Source: Amoeboaphelidium protococcarum X5
Lineage: Eukaryota > Fungi > Aphelidiomycota
DNA: 64,000 bases
Assembly (NCBI GenBank): GCA_023515725.1
Contig: JALDTO010000146.1
Coordinates: forward strand, 248,001 to 312,000
Direction: 5' to 3'
Shown here piece by piece: positions 14,357-27,977 of this stretch. How positions within the stretch are numbered: position 1 is the first letter of the stretch; each line of letters opens with the position of its first letter. The position numbers and the translations under genes were made by a program. The notes beneath the pieces were generated by a model. It did not search any database and was not told the origin of the DNA. It was given only the letters and a program-made list of their open reading frames with translations.

Positions 14357-14739
14357 AATATACATGCTATACTAATAAGCTTTACTGTTAGAAGATAAAT
14401 AAATGGTATAAAAAGCGGGAAAGAGTAAGGTTGATCTCAAGGGCGAAGAGAAAGAGCGTATTTCATCAAAGGGGGGGGGGTTCGCTCGATCTATCAGGGG
14501 CTTTTCATCATCTGTCTGATCTATATGATAGAACTAACTGGAGCAGATAATATACCGATGCTATTAACTGTGTTTAGGAATAGCTTAATAATAGGGGACT
14601 GTGATATATATATACAAAACATCATTTCAATGCTCAAAAGCTAATGATGAAAGTCAACTTTGTCTTGTTGAATCTACTGCAATAATCAAATATCATTCAT
14701 TAGTAGAATTCGTGCGTTTGATCGACCTTAATCTTATAC

Positions 14740-15430
14740 ATAATAACTAGCCTGCTCTCCCGCAACTCCAAAACTCATTCTGCGTATTCGCTGACTGCTT
14801 TAGATGATTCAGTATGGTCAATTCTATACATTCAATGAGTTATTAAATGCGTTGGTACTGTCTCCTCCCTGTGCTGTGACATTCTCACAATTAGAATGTC
14901 TTGGTAGGATATTCTAAAAATTAGACCACTCGCTCAATTTGCCAAATCTCATACTGATCATTCACTGACCACTTCAGAGTATTAAGGATGCTTAATTATT
15001 TATGTTCAAGAAGTTTTTAGTTCCCGGAAGTTGTCTAATTAATGTGCTGTCACATTCTAGTTATTAGAATTTCTCGGTCGTATATTCTAAATTCTAGAAT
15101 GATCTCTCACAGCTCCAACTCTGATGTTGCGCTCTCGTTGGCTGTCTTAGATGATTCAGTATGGTTAATATAGTATATTCAAGTAGTTTTTTAAGTGTTT
15201 TGATGTTGACTACTTAGTGCGCTGTTACATTCTAATCTGTGGAATCGCTCTGTTAACATATAGTAAACGCGCGACGCTGATATTCTAATAACTAGACTCC
15301 GATCCCTCAAAACCAAACGTCATGCTGCGCATTCGCTGATTGCTGTGGGTGATTCAGTATGCTTAATCTTGTGTGTCTAAGTAATTTTTAAGTTTGCTAA
15401 AGTTGCCTAATCCGTGCGCGGTCATAATAA
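14740..15430 (-). repeat. Four degenerate tandem copies of a ~173-nt unit, probably a decayed repeat-protein pseudogene
   Basis: Motifs GATGATTCAGTATG, GTGCTGTNACATTCTA and ATATTCTAA recur at ~172-174 nt spacing (last spacing ~198). Minus-strand translation gives related peptides interrupted by frameshifts and TGA. Confidence 0.7.
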
Positions 15431-15558
15431 AACTAGAGATTAGAAACACTTGACAATTTTCGAAAGTTAAGAATTCACCTTCATCAAACCATTTTGTACT
15501 AATACACATCGATAAATAATATACAAACCGCAAACAAGACAAATAAAATACCATGAAA

Positions 15559-17517
15559 TCACATACATTCAGCTGGGACAGTCTTGTCAGCGCGACCACC
15601 TCTCTTAGCCTTCAGTCCCAATCCTCTTCTGCCAAAAGTGTTCCAGATCATGCAATAGTTTTCGCCATTAAAGTTGACTTCATCAGCTTTCAAAATTGCA
15701 TCACGAGCATCGACAAACGATGGACGACATGGTTGTAGTTTCATGCCATCAATAACATTCTTCATCAATTTGATATTTCCAGCCAGCGAATCTCTTGCAC
15801 TGACATTCTTGAAATCGCGAATGGAATACCAATCCTTGTTGAAACCATACTTGTTGACGAATGCCCAGTATAGATCATACAGCATTGTTGCCCATACGGT
15901 ACCAATTGAATGCACCTGACGGTACTCTCTCATCACATTACCATAGTGCAGCGGGTTAATGCTCATATCTATAGCATAAGGATACTAACGGATACCTCTG
16001 CCGGCAGCGTACTCTCCCAGTCTCACAATCAACTTATCAGTATCAGTCTCCTTCATACGTAGTGAGGTGCCCACAAAGTCAGACCAAGCCTCACCAAGTC
16101 CACCAGACTCTCCAAATCCAAGACAGTTAGAATTGGCCGGACCTCCAGTGAGACGAGTAGAGATGCCATGAGTGTACTCATGAATAATGATATCATTTTC
16201 AAAGTCACCATCTCTCATAGGCTTATGCATGTTCCACACATACATTCTCATTCTGCCCTTAAATCCATCTGGAGGAGATGCAAAGTTGGCATTATTATAG
16301 CCTGAGCCATCTTGAGCATTGGCAATTACAGCATCGTTTCCTCTGCCACCTCTATCAAAATTGTCTTCCTAAAAGTTGCCAGACTATTCATCAAATCCAA
16401 ATAACAGAAATATGTCATGTACAATGTTGTTGTAGTAGAACAGATTATCAATCGAAGCATTGATGTAAGTGTCTGGCTGCTTGGACAGATCAAGGTCATG
16501 GTTGAAAGTCTTGACATTATCGACGATTTCAGCCTTTGGACGATAGCTGTTCTCAAAGTTACCGCGACCATTTGGATTAGACTGCGCATAAACATTATTA
16601 CCTGCAGTCTGCAACTGGAACTTGGCACGTCTCGAGTCACTTTCATCAAACATCCAACCTTTAGGAGATGCGTACTCATCTTCAGGATCTCTCACCACGG
16701 CGCGTTCTCCATCCGTAGGATCATTCACACCCACAGGATAAACGTTGTAAGCAGTGGCTTCACTAACCCAGTCAACCAGTTGTAAAACATTGCCGCTCAT
16801 ATCCATCTGAACATTGAACCAGTTATCTTGATCAGCCATATCAGCAGAAATGTCCCAAACAGGAACTATACGCTGCTCTTCGATGATCAAGTAACGTTGC
16901 ATCATCTTGACTTCATTATCATTGGCAAAATCAACATTGGTCACCACAACTACAGCCTCATCGTCGTTCTCAGTCTGACCAGGGAAGACAGAGTCGTCAT
17001 TATTCAGCAGAACAGTGGTCAGGAGAGACTGATCTGGAGTAGGCACTTTAACAAAATCTGCCAGCTTGATCACAGCCTGTACAGGGTCCACAGGCTGTTT
17101 CATCACAAACTGATCCTCAGAATCAGAAGCCAATGACTAATCTTCAGGTACCTGGTCACCTTAATAGAATGTATGATACATTGACAAGACACGGCCGAAT
17201 TCATCAACATTGATATTAGCATCGGCATTCACAATCTCAGCCCCATCATAAATTTAACTCAAGTAGACATGAGTTACACCATTGTCACTCTTGTAATGAT
17301 TCTTCACCTTGAAAGAGTAGGAATCAGAAGTTGTTACAGCCTTCTCAAAGAACGTTGTTGCAACAATCAGCGGATCGGTTGAAGTGGCCTCAGTAAGATG
17401 CGCATTCAAACTGGCCCCTGCAAAAGACTTGGTTTCAATTTGAGGACCAAATCCAGATATTTGCAGCCTGCTAGTCACAACAGAAGCAAGAGTTAATAAA
17501 GATACCACAGACAACAT
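15559..17517 (-). CDS. Fungalysin metalloprotease (peptidase M36) with FTP propeptide
   Basis: Signal [14 protein letters not shown]; NGVTHVYL propeptide; GFDE..GNFQ; [18 protein letters not shown]; GLGEAWSDF; [12 protein letters not shown]. 653 codons ending in TGA. Confidence 0.94.
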
Positions 17518-17833
17518 ACTAGATAATATGAGAATTCTAAACAAGTATAAGTACAAGTAGTAGAATGATAAGATGAGATGAGATAAGATAAGATAAGATG
17601 GCCGATGGGGACGATGACTCCAAACTTTAGAGTTTCGCGTTCTGAAACAACATCTCTGTTTCATTCAGGCAAGAAATTTCAATCTCGCGTTGGTGGTAGT
17701 TTTCCCATACAGAAAAGTGAACGGGTGCGATGCTATTAACAAGCTGACCAATAGTAAGAGCACTGAATTAAAAGAAAACAGAAGGAGAACAATAAGCACT
17801 ACAAAGCTAATATGAAACACTAAACTTCAAATA

Positions 17834-18496
17834 TCATATAGTGGCAGCTGTGATTAATTCACCATCCCAATTTGATTTCTCTGCAGCGTCCATCATAACG
17901 TGAGCCGCGTCCTCGTATGAAACATGATCACCACAATCACGATTGATCTTTGGTATTATCATAGGAGAGGATTTCTTTCCCTTGCCGCTCATATAGCCGG
18001 GGCAAAACACCACATAATTAATACCAGTTGCGCGAATAGCATCGATACACTTTCCGTGCGCGATAAAAGCTTCTTCTGCAGGAGGCCAAGAAGATATGAT
18101 TTTCTTCCACATTGGAGTCGTGCCATCATTGTCCATGATGTTGGTTAATCCGGCAACATGGACGATCTTGTTTACACCTGCGGCCTTTGATTGTTCAGCA
18201 ACGGTTCGGGCAACATCTTCTGCGCCACCGACTCCCATCAATACCACATTGTTACCTTCACATGCTTTCTTCACAATATCAGTATCTGTGGCTGCATCGC
18301 CGATATAGATATTGGACGCTGGCAAAGAGAAAACAGTATCGGCAAATACAACCGCCAACTTATCTTAGTTCCTTACTAGTACCGATAGAGAGTGCCCACG
18401 AGCAAGACATTCATGCACCAAGCTCTTTCCAAGACCACCGGTAGCACCAACCACTAAAATGGAAAGAGGTTTCTGATTAACGGAGGATGCTGACAT
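17834..18496 (-). CDS. Atypical SDR NAD(P)H-binding protein (BLVRB/NAD_binding_10-like)
   Basis: ILVVGATGGLGKS Rossmann motif; LVRN(TAA=Q)DKL; GDATD-like segment; VSYEDAAHVM. Intronless. Confidence 0.82.
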
Positions 18497-19199
18497 CTTG
18501 TTAAAATGGTTGATTGATTGAGAGAAAACGCGAAAACGCTTTTATTTAACGAAGCTTTGTCGGCTCGTAAAATTCGAGTCTCCTGCTTTGTCTGATCAGC
18601 CCTAAAGAACACAGACCACATATTTCCCGGGCCTGTAATGAATCGTGATCCGAAGTGATTCAGGAATTTCTTTGATCTTGATGGAATGTTTGACGAATGT
18701 GAGTATAAACGTTGTGGTTACAAGCTGTTATTTCTTTTTGGCGAGGAGTTTGGTTGAGAATAAAGGTGATATAATAGTGATATTGAGATGAGCCTATAAA
18801 GTTCTACTTTCAGAGTATACTGATTCTATCCGCGGTGAAAACGTTACAGGACTTAAAGCCACATATCAACTTTTGTTCAATTAATAAGTAATAGGAAAAG
18901 TCTTACTTGAATATTCAGATGTCGATTAAGAGTCGAGCTTTTCATATTGGCAAATAAAGAATTGCCTATCGAATATCATGCGAAACTGATACTGTTTATT
19001 AAACGCTAGGATCTTTGAATTCGGTTTTATTAGCCAAGCGATTCTACACGAAGAGCAGGCGTAAACTAGCCATCACAACACTAATCAGCTAGCGTAACAA
19101 CTGAGATTAAAAGGGTATATAAACAAGGACATGAAAATTGCATTAAAATCCAAAATTAAACAATATTGCTAATTAGACTTCTCAAAAACTATATTGTGA

Positions 19200-19775
19200 T
19201 CAAATAAGAGCAAGTGCACCCAGGATACCAGCACCCGCTGCAAATACTGAACCAGATAGAGCATGACCAGCGGCGCGTCTAAATGGAGTAGGCAGTATCA
19301 CAGTGGACGATGTTTATGGCTGGACATTGTTGATCGGTGCGCCATTGAAGACCACAACGACATCGGTAGGGATTACAGATGGAAGCACATCCACAGTTGT
19401 AGTAGAAGGAGTAATGGTAGTGAATATTGTAGTGGCAGTGAGCGCAGTTTCCGTAGTACCAACTATTGATGTGACGGTAGTTGAATCAAACACAGTGGAC
19501 GTTGACGCAATGATGGAGGTTGCGCTTGTCTCCACGGCATTCACGGTAGATGTACTCACAACAACTTCGCTTGTCACAACAGTGGAAGCGATATCAGGAA
19601 GAGTGGCAACACTCGTGACTACAGACGAAGCTTCGACCACAGCGGTAGACACTACAACAGCATCACTTGGTGTAAAGGAAACCACCTCACTCACCACTGA
19701 CGCGACAGGATCTGAAGGCGCTTAAGCCGACACCATCGCCGCGGCTATCGTAGCAATGACAATACAAAACTTCAT
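19200..19775 (-). CDS. Secreted Ser/Thr/Val-rich, putatively GPI-anchored surface protein
   Basis: Signal MKFCIVIATIAAAMVSA, S/T-rich body and hydrophobic C-terminus VFAAGAGILGALALI before TGA. Confidence 0.8.
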
Positions 19776-20030
19776 TTTTCAATTCTAATACGGGTATATA
19801 ATAATTTCGCTGACAGTTTACAACTCCGTGAATTTAGAAAGATAATCTGACGCGTTTTGCAATTGGATTGGCTCAAGTCTTGGCAAGCGCCTCCTGATTT
19901 TTCAGGGACTCGTTACACGGTAAGGCCATTCGGCAACTTACTGCGCTGAAATTGAGAGAAGATGACCTATGCATTTTCTGAAACCAATGTTTCCATTAAA
20001 CTGAATAAACACAAATGAACTTTATTTAAA

Positions 20031-20811
20031 TCATTTGCCGTGTCTTTACTCTTTCCTGTTGTACAAGTACATTGATCGATACAAAACGAACTCGTTAATT
20101 TGAGATTAGAACGGAAAATGGCTACATATATTTAGATCATTACTATAGTCAATTAAGTAATTACAAATTACATTATAATACTTACATTATTTCTGATTAT
20201 CGAGCAGATAGAGGCTACATTCCAGATAATCGCAGTACTGATGACTTTGGCGACACCACAATAATCAAGTCATATTCTTTAACATCTACACCTCTATTAA
20301 AGACAGTAAAAAACTGACGATCACCACAATCGGAACTAAACGTACCTTATTCAACTTTAACATATAGCGGTTAAACTTTCAGGAAATTCGCGCACTTTTT
20401 ACCTTCGATTAATTAAAAACTTGACGGCAAACTTTCACGATACCCATATAGATCGACGGAAGATACAAGCATGCGCGCTCGCCATTGTTAGAGCGCGACT
20501 AATTCATATGTGGAGACAGGCCGACCACGTCTTTTCAAATCGCTGCACTTGCTAGATTCTTCTCCTTAGCCACAAGGATAATCATCATCATCCAGCAATA
20601 TTGCAACGTGTCGAGGAACTTTTGTGAATGATTCTCCTGGCAGAAAGTAAAATCGGTATAGCCACAACGCATAGACAATATAGCATTCAACTTGGTCTCT
20701 CACTCGTTCAACTAAATAGAAAGCTTTAGAAAGTAGCCCAACTAGATACAACAAGACCCAGGGATAAGACTTATGCTCCAGACGACTACTTTATTACTAC
20801 TCCACAGACAT
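20031..20811 (-). CDS. NUS1: Dehydrodolichyl diphosphate synthase subunit NUS1/NgBR, intron 20122-20185
   Basis: N-terminal TM, KVPRHVAILL, EYDLIIV..LSGMQP and C-terminal E(TAA=Q)RHGK-stop (RxG motif). Confidence 0.82.
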
Positions 20812-20904
20812 TCTATAAATTGACTAATTATTAAATCGCGAACTTAAATTGTATCAAAAAATCAAAATGGATAAGGAAGGAAACCATCAAGATTAAAAGC
20901 ATCA

Positions 20905-22926
20905 TCAGCGATCTATTGGGCAACAACAATAATAAATTAAGGCGGCAGTAATGATAAATAAGGTTATGGATATGTACACTGAAGCAACAATGGGAGCAGC
21001 GCGTTTTTAAACGTCAGCGATATAATGTTGTCTGGCCTTTGGTAATACTATATCCGCCCATGACATATGTTAAAACTCACCTTGATCAAACAACTGCCGA
21101 TCGGACACGTTCAAACTTTGAATCTTGGACTACAAATGCAGAAAGGCGTCAAACTTCTCCTTCTATCCAGGAAAATGAACCAGAAAATCTCCGTCATAAT
21201 ACTGCACGCCACAGTAATCAATGCCATAAGAATTAAGTAGAAAGAGAGGAACCACAACCAGATTAGTTTCAATTTCATTATTGTCTCCGTGTTTCAGCAG
21301 ATATGATATCGCGCCTTGCTCGTGAAACTTGAAAAGAAACTCATCCGACTCCCTCATATCCCAGATCTGTTGGAAAAATTAACGTGACCAGTCAGACACT
21401 TTTACCATGAAAGAACCAGCATTCAATCCATTGCAATCGCTAGTAATAACTAATTAAAAGTCTTAAGGTCGGTCCTTCTATTACATCAAATTCTGGTATT
21501 CAGCCTCTGCCAATATGGACTCAAGCGATATATTGTCATTCATCAAAATCACATCAGAGTCCACTATCCATATCCAAGAATCAATAGCTCTCTGTTCTTT
21601 AAGTAGCTCATTAAGTCGGTAAATTTTATTCCAAACACCGTGGACTTGGCTCTGTGTGTGATCAACCAATTCAACATGGAATTAATATCCTTATTTTTGA
21701 GCATATGCTTATATACTTCGCCAACCGGCAACATTGAACTGATGTTAGCCACTTTCAAAAGTCAAAATATCAAAATGCATTGACCTGTTTTCATGTCGGT
21801 TCTTCCATAGCTGACATTAATGACATTCTCTATTACGAATGACGTGATTCCTAATGTATACTCTTGATTGTCGAATAGACTCCCACCAAAACCGCTACAT
21901 GTCCTTATTCCTCCAGTCATCTTACACCCAAAATTTATCGTGTATAAACGCAATCTTCCTCTTGTTGATAGCATTAAAATTTGTAAGCCACTAAGCGTTG
22001 TACTCGTATGGCATATTTAACCATTCCCTGTGTCTCGGCTACTTCTCCAACTATCCTCTTCGAAAATAATAATTGAATAAACCCTGCTCCATCCAGCCAA
22101 CATCGTACAAATCAGATCGCGGAGCAGTATCTATAAGTTCCTTGTAGACGCGACAGGATGGCCTAGTAACAAACATTCCCGCATTGAAGGAACCTTTAAG
22201 TTTATAATCTTCAGCAGCGGCAAAATACTAATCTCTCTTCTACGCCTTTAATTTTTGTACAGTGTCCTTGAGCCAATGAAATAACTCATCACGTCGATGT
22301 GCATAGAGCATATCAGAGTCCAGATACATAATCAAATCGTAAAATACAAACCGAAACATTTGCAATTTGGTATAGCAGTCCTTCCATTAACCGGTGTTCT
22401 AAATACCAGGAATATGCACAAGAGGTACCTTGATAACGCGGGCACCCATTTACACAAATTCATCAGCAATCACCTGAGGTATAGTCTCGCCAATGAGAAC
22501 AACAAACTCAAATGATTACTCATCAAGTATTCTTGTATTATTATGAATTAAGAACCTATAAACAAGCAATCTAACACTCTCTAAATAGCCATTGAGCCCA
22601 TTCTTAAGAGGTATATCAGTCAGCATGGTGATTATGGCAATCGGAGCGAAAGCTTTAGACTTAGGAGAGGGTGAGACTGAAATGCGCTCACTATAGTTTA
22701 TATCTAATACTAACGGCGAGCAACTCGTATCTAGAGTCTTTGTATTATCATGAAGACGAACGATATCACCATAATTTAAATAAGGCAGGTCATTACGTGA
22801 TTTCTGCAAACTAAAATCTTGCCATGAAGCAGTAAATTTACTTTGCGAATGTAGGTAAATTATACTTATGACAGACACAGCGACTGTGACAATGAGAGCG
22901 ATCTTTACTTTACTACTAAGACGCAT
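20905..22926 (-). CDS. Bifunctional glycosyltransferase: GT8 domain fused to GT34 domain, with N- and C-terminal TM segments
   Basis: 674-codon frame. GT8 motifs: YTKLQMF..YLDSD, FNAGMFV, EQGLFN, HDKFW. GT34 motifs: WNKI, WIWIVDSD, DCNGLNAGSF, EQGAI, GDFLVHFPG. Confidence 0.8.
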
Positions 22927-23546
22927 TCTACTAATGAAGATGAAACAAAATTTATCCTTTCAATTCCAACCACATGGAACAAAGTGCCAGCAAAGATTGA
23001 GGCCAAGGGAAGCTAATAACGAGTAGAAAGAAACGCGCAATCACTCTAAGAACGTTTCAAAGACTTGCAACGCGTGGATGGTCAAATATGGCCTTACTCG
23101 ATTCAGGATACATCAGGTTCAATAATTCACGTTTAGAGCCCCAAAAATCAATCAATAATTTTTTCACTATGTAAACGTAACGTTTATTTAAATCTACCCA
23201 TTTTCTAACAATCATCGTATAATATCTACTAACCCATTGCAACTTTAATTCAATCAGCACATGAGGTTAGCCACAACCAATATTGTTTCAGGGACCATAA
23301 TAGTAATATTAAGCGAGATGAATGCTGTTGCACGATGAGTACATTGCATTTACTCAATCGTCATCTACTCCGCGCGTTTCTCACAATGTTCGTTCGTTCC
23401 GTTCGTACTTTCTCTTTTTCGATTCAGTTCCTGCAGTCTATCACTTGAAAGTCACTCAGTATTGAACTTGTCAATTGCATTTTCCCTTAGTATAATATAT
23501 TTATTGACTATACTTAGTATTGGTGGTATCAAGATTATCTTGTAAG

Positions 23547-26500
23547 ATGGCTAATATTAGAGGTTCGAATTAGCAAGGTTCAAGTGTCAATAGGACATAG
23601 TATCAAATATCTGATCGATTGCAGTTGTTGGAACGTTTGGATTACTATTACAAGATTGTGTCTGCTATCATTCTGGCCAAGTAGCATCCATGTTCCGGCC
23701 TTTTGCCTGCCAGTACAGCTATCACCACTCACGGTAACTATACTGATGCGTGGGTAAGAGATAATGTCTACTCCATTCTGGCTGTTTATGGCCTTGCACT
23801 TGCTTATCGTAGGCTGGATGATGATCAAGGTCGCACGTACGAGTTGGAACATGCCTGTGTGAAATGTATGCGTGGACTCCTAAATGCCATGATGAAGTAA
23901 TCTGACAAGGTGGAAGCTTTCAAGAAGCAGCAGAGTGTTGAGAATGCACTGCATGCAAAGTATAACACCTCCACTGGAGAAACGGTTGTCGGAGATTCTG
24001 AGTGGGGACATTTGTAGTTGGATGCCACCAGCCTTTTCGTCCTGATTCTCGCCTAGATGACTGCCAGTGGTATGCATATCATATACACTGTGGATGAAGT
24101 TGATTTTGTGCAGAATTTAGTCTTCTATATTGAGCGAGCGTATAGAAGTCCAGACTTTTCGCTTTGGGAGCGTGGTAATAAGATTAATCATGGAGAGCCG
24201 GAGTTGAACTCTTCAGCCATTGGTATGTGCACAGCTGCTCTGTAGGCTATCAATGGTCTCAATCTTTTTGGCGCTAAAGGTGGAAGCTCTTCGGTGATCC
24301 ATGTGTTGCCTGATGAGTTTACTAGAAATTTTACTACTCTGCACTCTGCCCTGCCGAGAGAGTCTTTAAGTAAGGAGATTGATGCTGGTCTCCTCTCTGT
24401 TCTATCTTATCCTGCGTTCGCGGTTCATGATACTTAGCTGTTGCGCAATACCAAGTAGGAGATTGTTAGTAAGTTGGGAGGCAATTTTGGATTTAAGAGA
24501 TTTTTGCGTGATGGTCATTAAACTTCTGTCGAGGATACGAGTAGATTGCATTACAATCCACAGGAGCTGAAAGTTTTCGAAAATATCGAATGTGAATGGC
24601 CCCTCTTTTATACTTATATGATTCTAGATGGCCTGTTTAATGGCGATGAAGAGCAGGTTGAGAAGTATCGTCAACAGTTGTCTCGTTGTCTGATCAATTC
24701 GTCGTCTCTATCCGCTAGTGGACACGCTGGTGGTAGTGATCAGCATCATCATCATTCCGGTGCTGATGCTGTGACCAGTCACTAGAGTTCTTTTAATGGA
24801 TCTATGTAGCTAACTGTTATTCAAGAAACGTCGCCTATGGAACGCCCAGCCAACTCTAATGTTCTTCCACCCGATGTCTTTTTAGTACCAGAGCTATATA
24901 TTGTTCCACTGGACAAAGTTGAGGAAGAGAAAGCTCATCCAAAGTCCCAATAGCGCGTACCTAATGAGAATGTCCCTCTAGTATGGGCGCAAAGTTTGTA
25001 TCTGCTCGGTGAATTGGTTTATGAAAACTTATTGAGTCCTTCTGATATTGATCCTCTTGGTCGTCATATGATGCCAGTTGTGAAATCCAATGCTACGGAT
25101 GTTATTGTGCAGATTGCTTTGATTTCTGAGGATGCTGCGTTGTAGCAACAGTTATCTACATTTGGATTGGAGAGTTAAACTCCGGATCAGGTTGCCCCTA
25201 TCACGATCGCTTCTCCACATGGTTTGAAAGAGGCTTATAGTGTATTGGGTGCTAATTCCAAGTTGGGCTTGAGTGGTCGACCATAGAGACCGATTGGATC
25301 ATTGGGTACGTGTAAGTTGTATCGTGTATCTGGTAGATTGTATGCATTTACACCTTAATTTATGGATTGGGAAGAGTTTTACATGACCATGGATAGCGAG
25401 TATCTTATCTCCGTCATTGAGAGCGAGTTGATGTTTGTCCGCAACAATTGGAGTCTGCCTGGACGCCCGACAATGGTAATGATGTTGACTCATTCGAGTA
25501 TTGGACCTATGCTTTAGCAGTAGAACAAGTACACGGCCAATTAGAGTTATGGTAGGAATCAGTAGAAAGTATTTGATTTTATGATGACCTTGAGAACTGG
25601 AGTCATTTCTAATGGTGTACGCGTGAAATTGGGTAGACTGCATGAGTTGGTTAGCACTTCCTGTATTCAGAGCCTGGACTTCCTGACCACTAAGATTGAA
25701 TAAGGTTATCTGAATTCTGCCATAGATATTACGGATGGTCGTCGAGTAGTTAATTGGGAGTAGCTTTTAGGAGGTGTCAAATAACGTAAGAAGTGGGACT
25801 CTAAATTGAATCTTGGGCCAGAGTTTAGTATCTCCAAGTCTGCAGGTGCTTCTCTGTCCAGTTCTGGTGGAGCGGGTAGTTTAAGTAAAATTCGCAGGTA
25901 GGATAGTTATGAGTTGAGAACTAAGGAATCTTCAAGGAGTAAGTACACAGTTGGGCCTCCTAAGAATACTAGTGAATTCAAGCTGAAAGTTGCAGAGATT
26001 GATCACACTCTACACCCAGATTCTCCTGCTCATACGCACAAGAGATCTCATACTTACAGCTAGACGAGTAGTAGTAGCACCGCTGCTCACACGAAGATTG
26101 GAGATGTGGAAAGATTGAAGTTGAAGCTTGGCGATAGTTCTCAGCTGAATTTCGCAATTACTCAATTAAGTAATTCCATGAATCTGTATGATCAGGCGGA
26201 TTTGTTATACTACATCTCCAGCTGCAAAGGATTTGATTTTGTTGTTCATTTGCAAAATCAAGATGGCTCAGCGTCAACTTCATAGTCCACGGTGAGGGAA
26301 CTTGTTCAGGAGGTTTATGAGAATGCAATGAACTTGAAAATGTGGGAAGTTGTGCGTGAGGCTGCAGATATGCTCAAGAAAGTGGCTAGTAGTTTGACTA
26401 TTTCCGTTACTGATCTACTTATTAGGTAGACTTATATCACTTTTGGTCACGGGGATGATGAATACACCTTGTTGAAGCCTGTGTCTCCTGACTAGTTGAC

Positions 26501-27977
26501 AAAGATCATTTATCAAAAGTGTCGCGGTGAATTAGGAATGGCACCGTTGTATTAAGAGCTATTGCTGTATTTGAGCAGCTTTATAAAGTCTGAGCCGCAT
26601 CTATTCAGTTCCATGTACAGAGTGAGAATTCATTTTATCATTTCTGCAATGTTGGAGCAGATTCAGTTTTTGCGTCAGTGTGATCATGGTGCTAGCATGG
26701 ACATTCTTTTAAAGTTGTCGCCTATGGATATCAAGACATTGTTGGGCTACATTCTGCGCGCGAAAGATTCTCTGTGCACATCCCTGGCCACTGAGAATGC
26801 CTTATACTAAATTCCACTTCTGTCACCTGGGAATAATGGATTGGAGATCAATTTGACAGTTTAAAGTGCTGGCTACTATGATGGATCATTTGCTAATATT
26901 GGCGTGAATGGTCAATATATTGTGAAGGGCGGTTAGCGCGGTCTTAATGTTGCAATTGTGAACATGACCGAAGGATCTGTGTGTAGTGTTGAGCATTTCG
27001 ACACCTGGGCTAGTGGTGAGTAATCAGACAAGTTTATTGCATTTGTTGAGAATAATTGTAGTGCTCTCAATGGTAACAGTGGGAAGTTTTTGTTGATATC
27101 AGTGCGCGATGAGGCCACCGAGAGAATGACAGATAGATGCAAGGAGTTTTTGAAGTTACTGGGGTCCAATGATATCAAGTACTTGAAGTATCGCGACTCT
27201 TGGTGTATGATTTGCTAGTACCTGAATGGTGAATGGAGTCTTTTGGTTGAGCATTTGCAAGCGGCAAAGAATGGATCTACTCCAGTTATTGAACATACGT
27301 ACCATAAACGATAGCTAAATGAAGAGGACGACGAGGAGGGAGATCAAATCTAGCCATTGCAGCACCTCCGTTCTGAGCGTGTTCTCCCATCTAAAGGTCA
27401 GTGGGGCCGCCGTAGAAAGATTGAGGGAGCACTGTAGAGAACTCCATTCAACTTTTACCCAATGATCCATCGCATGTTGGAGCGTGTTAGAACTGGTATG
27501 AAGGTTGGCTCTTTCACTCTATCCCGTAATCCAACTGTTAGTGAGAAGACGCCCGAGGAAATAAGTTTTGCCCTGCTGGTGGATTCGATGTTGAGTTATA
27601 TTGATCCGGCAGAAAGAATGATTGCCATAGAGTGTCTTACTATATTGTACGATGTTGATTAGGTGCATAATAATTTGGATTTCTTGTCAAAGGTGGACGT
27701 GTTGGATATTGCGTCGCTGCTGTAATGCGCCTATCAACTGCATTGGGATGCTTTTATAAACACGGAAGTTAGAAAATAATTATTAGCTGCAACTGCTACT
27801 GAATAGAAGCAGCAGGGCTCAAGTGAACAAGATGTCCAATCAATGAAGAGTTAATATCAGTACTGTTAACATAAGGATGTGGCGAAGAAGCTATTCATCG
27901 ACTTGCCTGACATTGAAACTAAAGGCTTCTATGCATCTGCAATAGCGAAAACGTTTGGAATAAAACTGGATCAATGA
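23547..27977 (+). CDS. Phosphorylase b kinase regulatory subunit alpha/beta (GH15-like), with inserted ILEI/GG domain
   Basis: [15 protein letters not shown](TAG=Q)[50 protein letters not shown] and [13 protein letters not shown]. 1477 codons ending in TGA. Confidence 0.9.

Noticed and set aside
14471-14480. G10 homopolymer
   Set aside because: A single G-run with no evidence of function.
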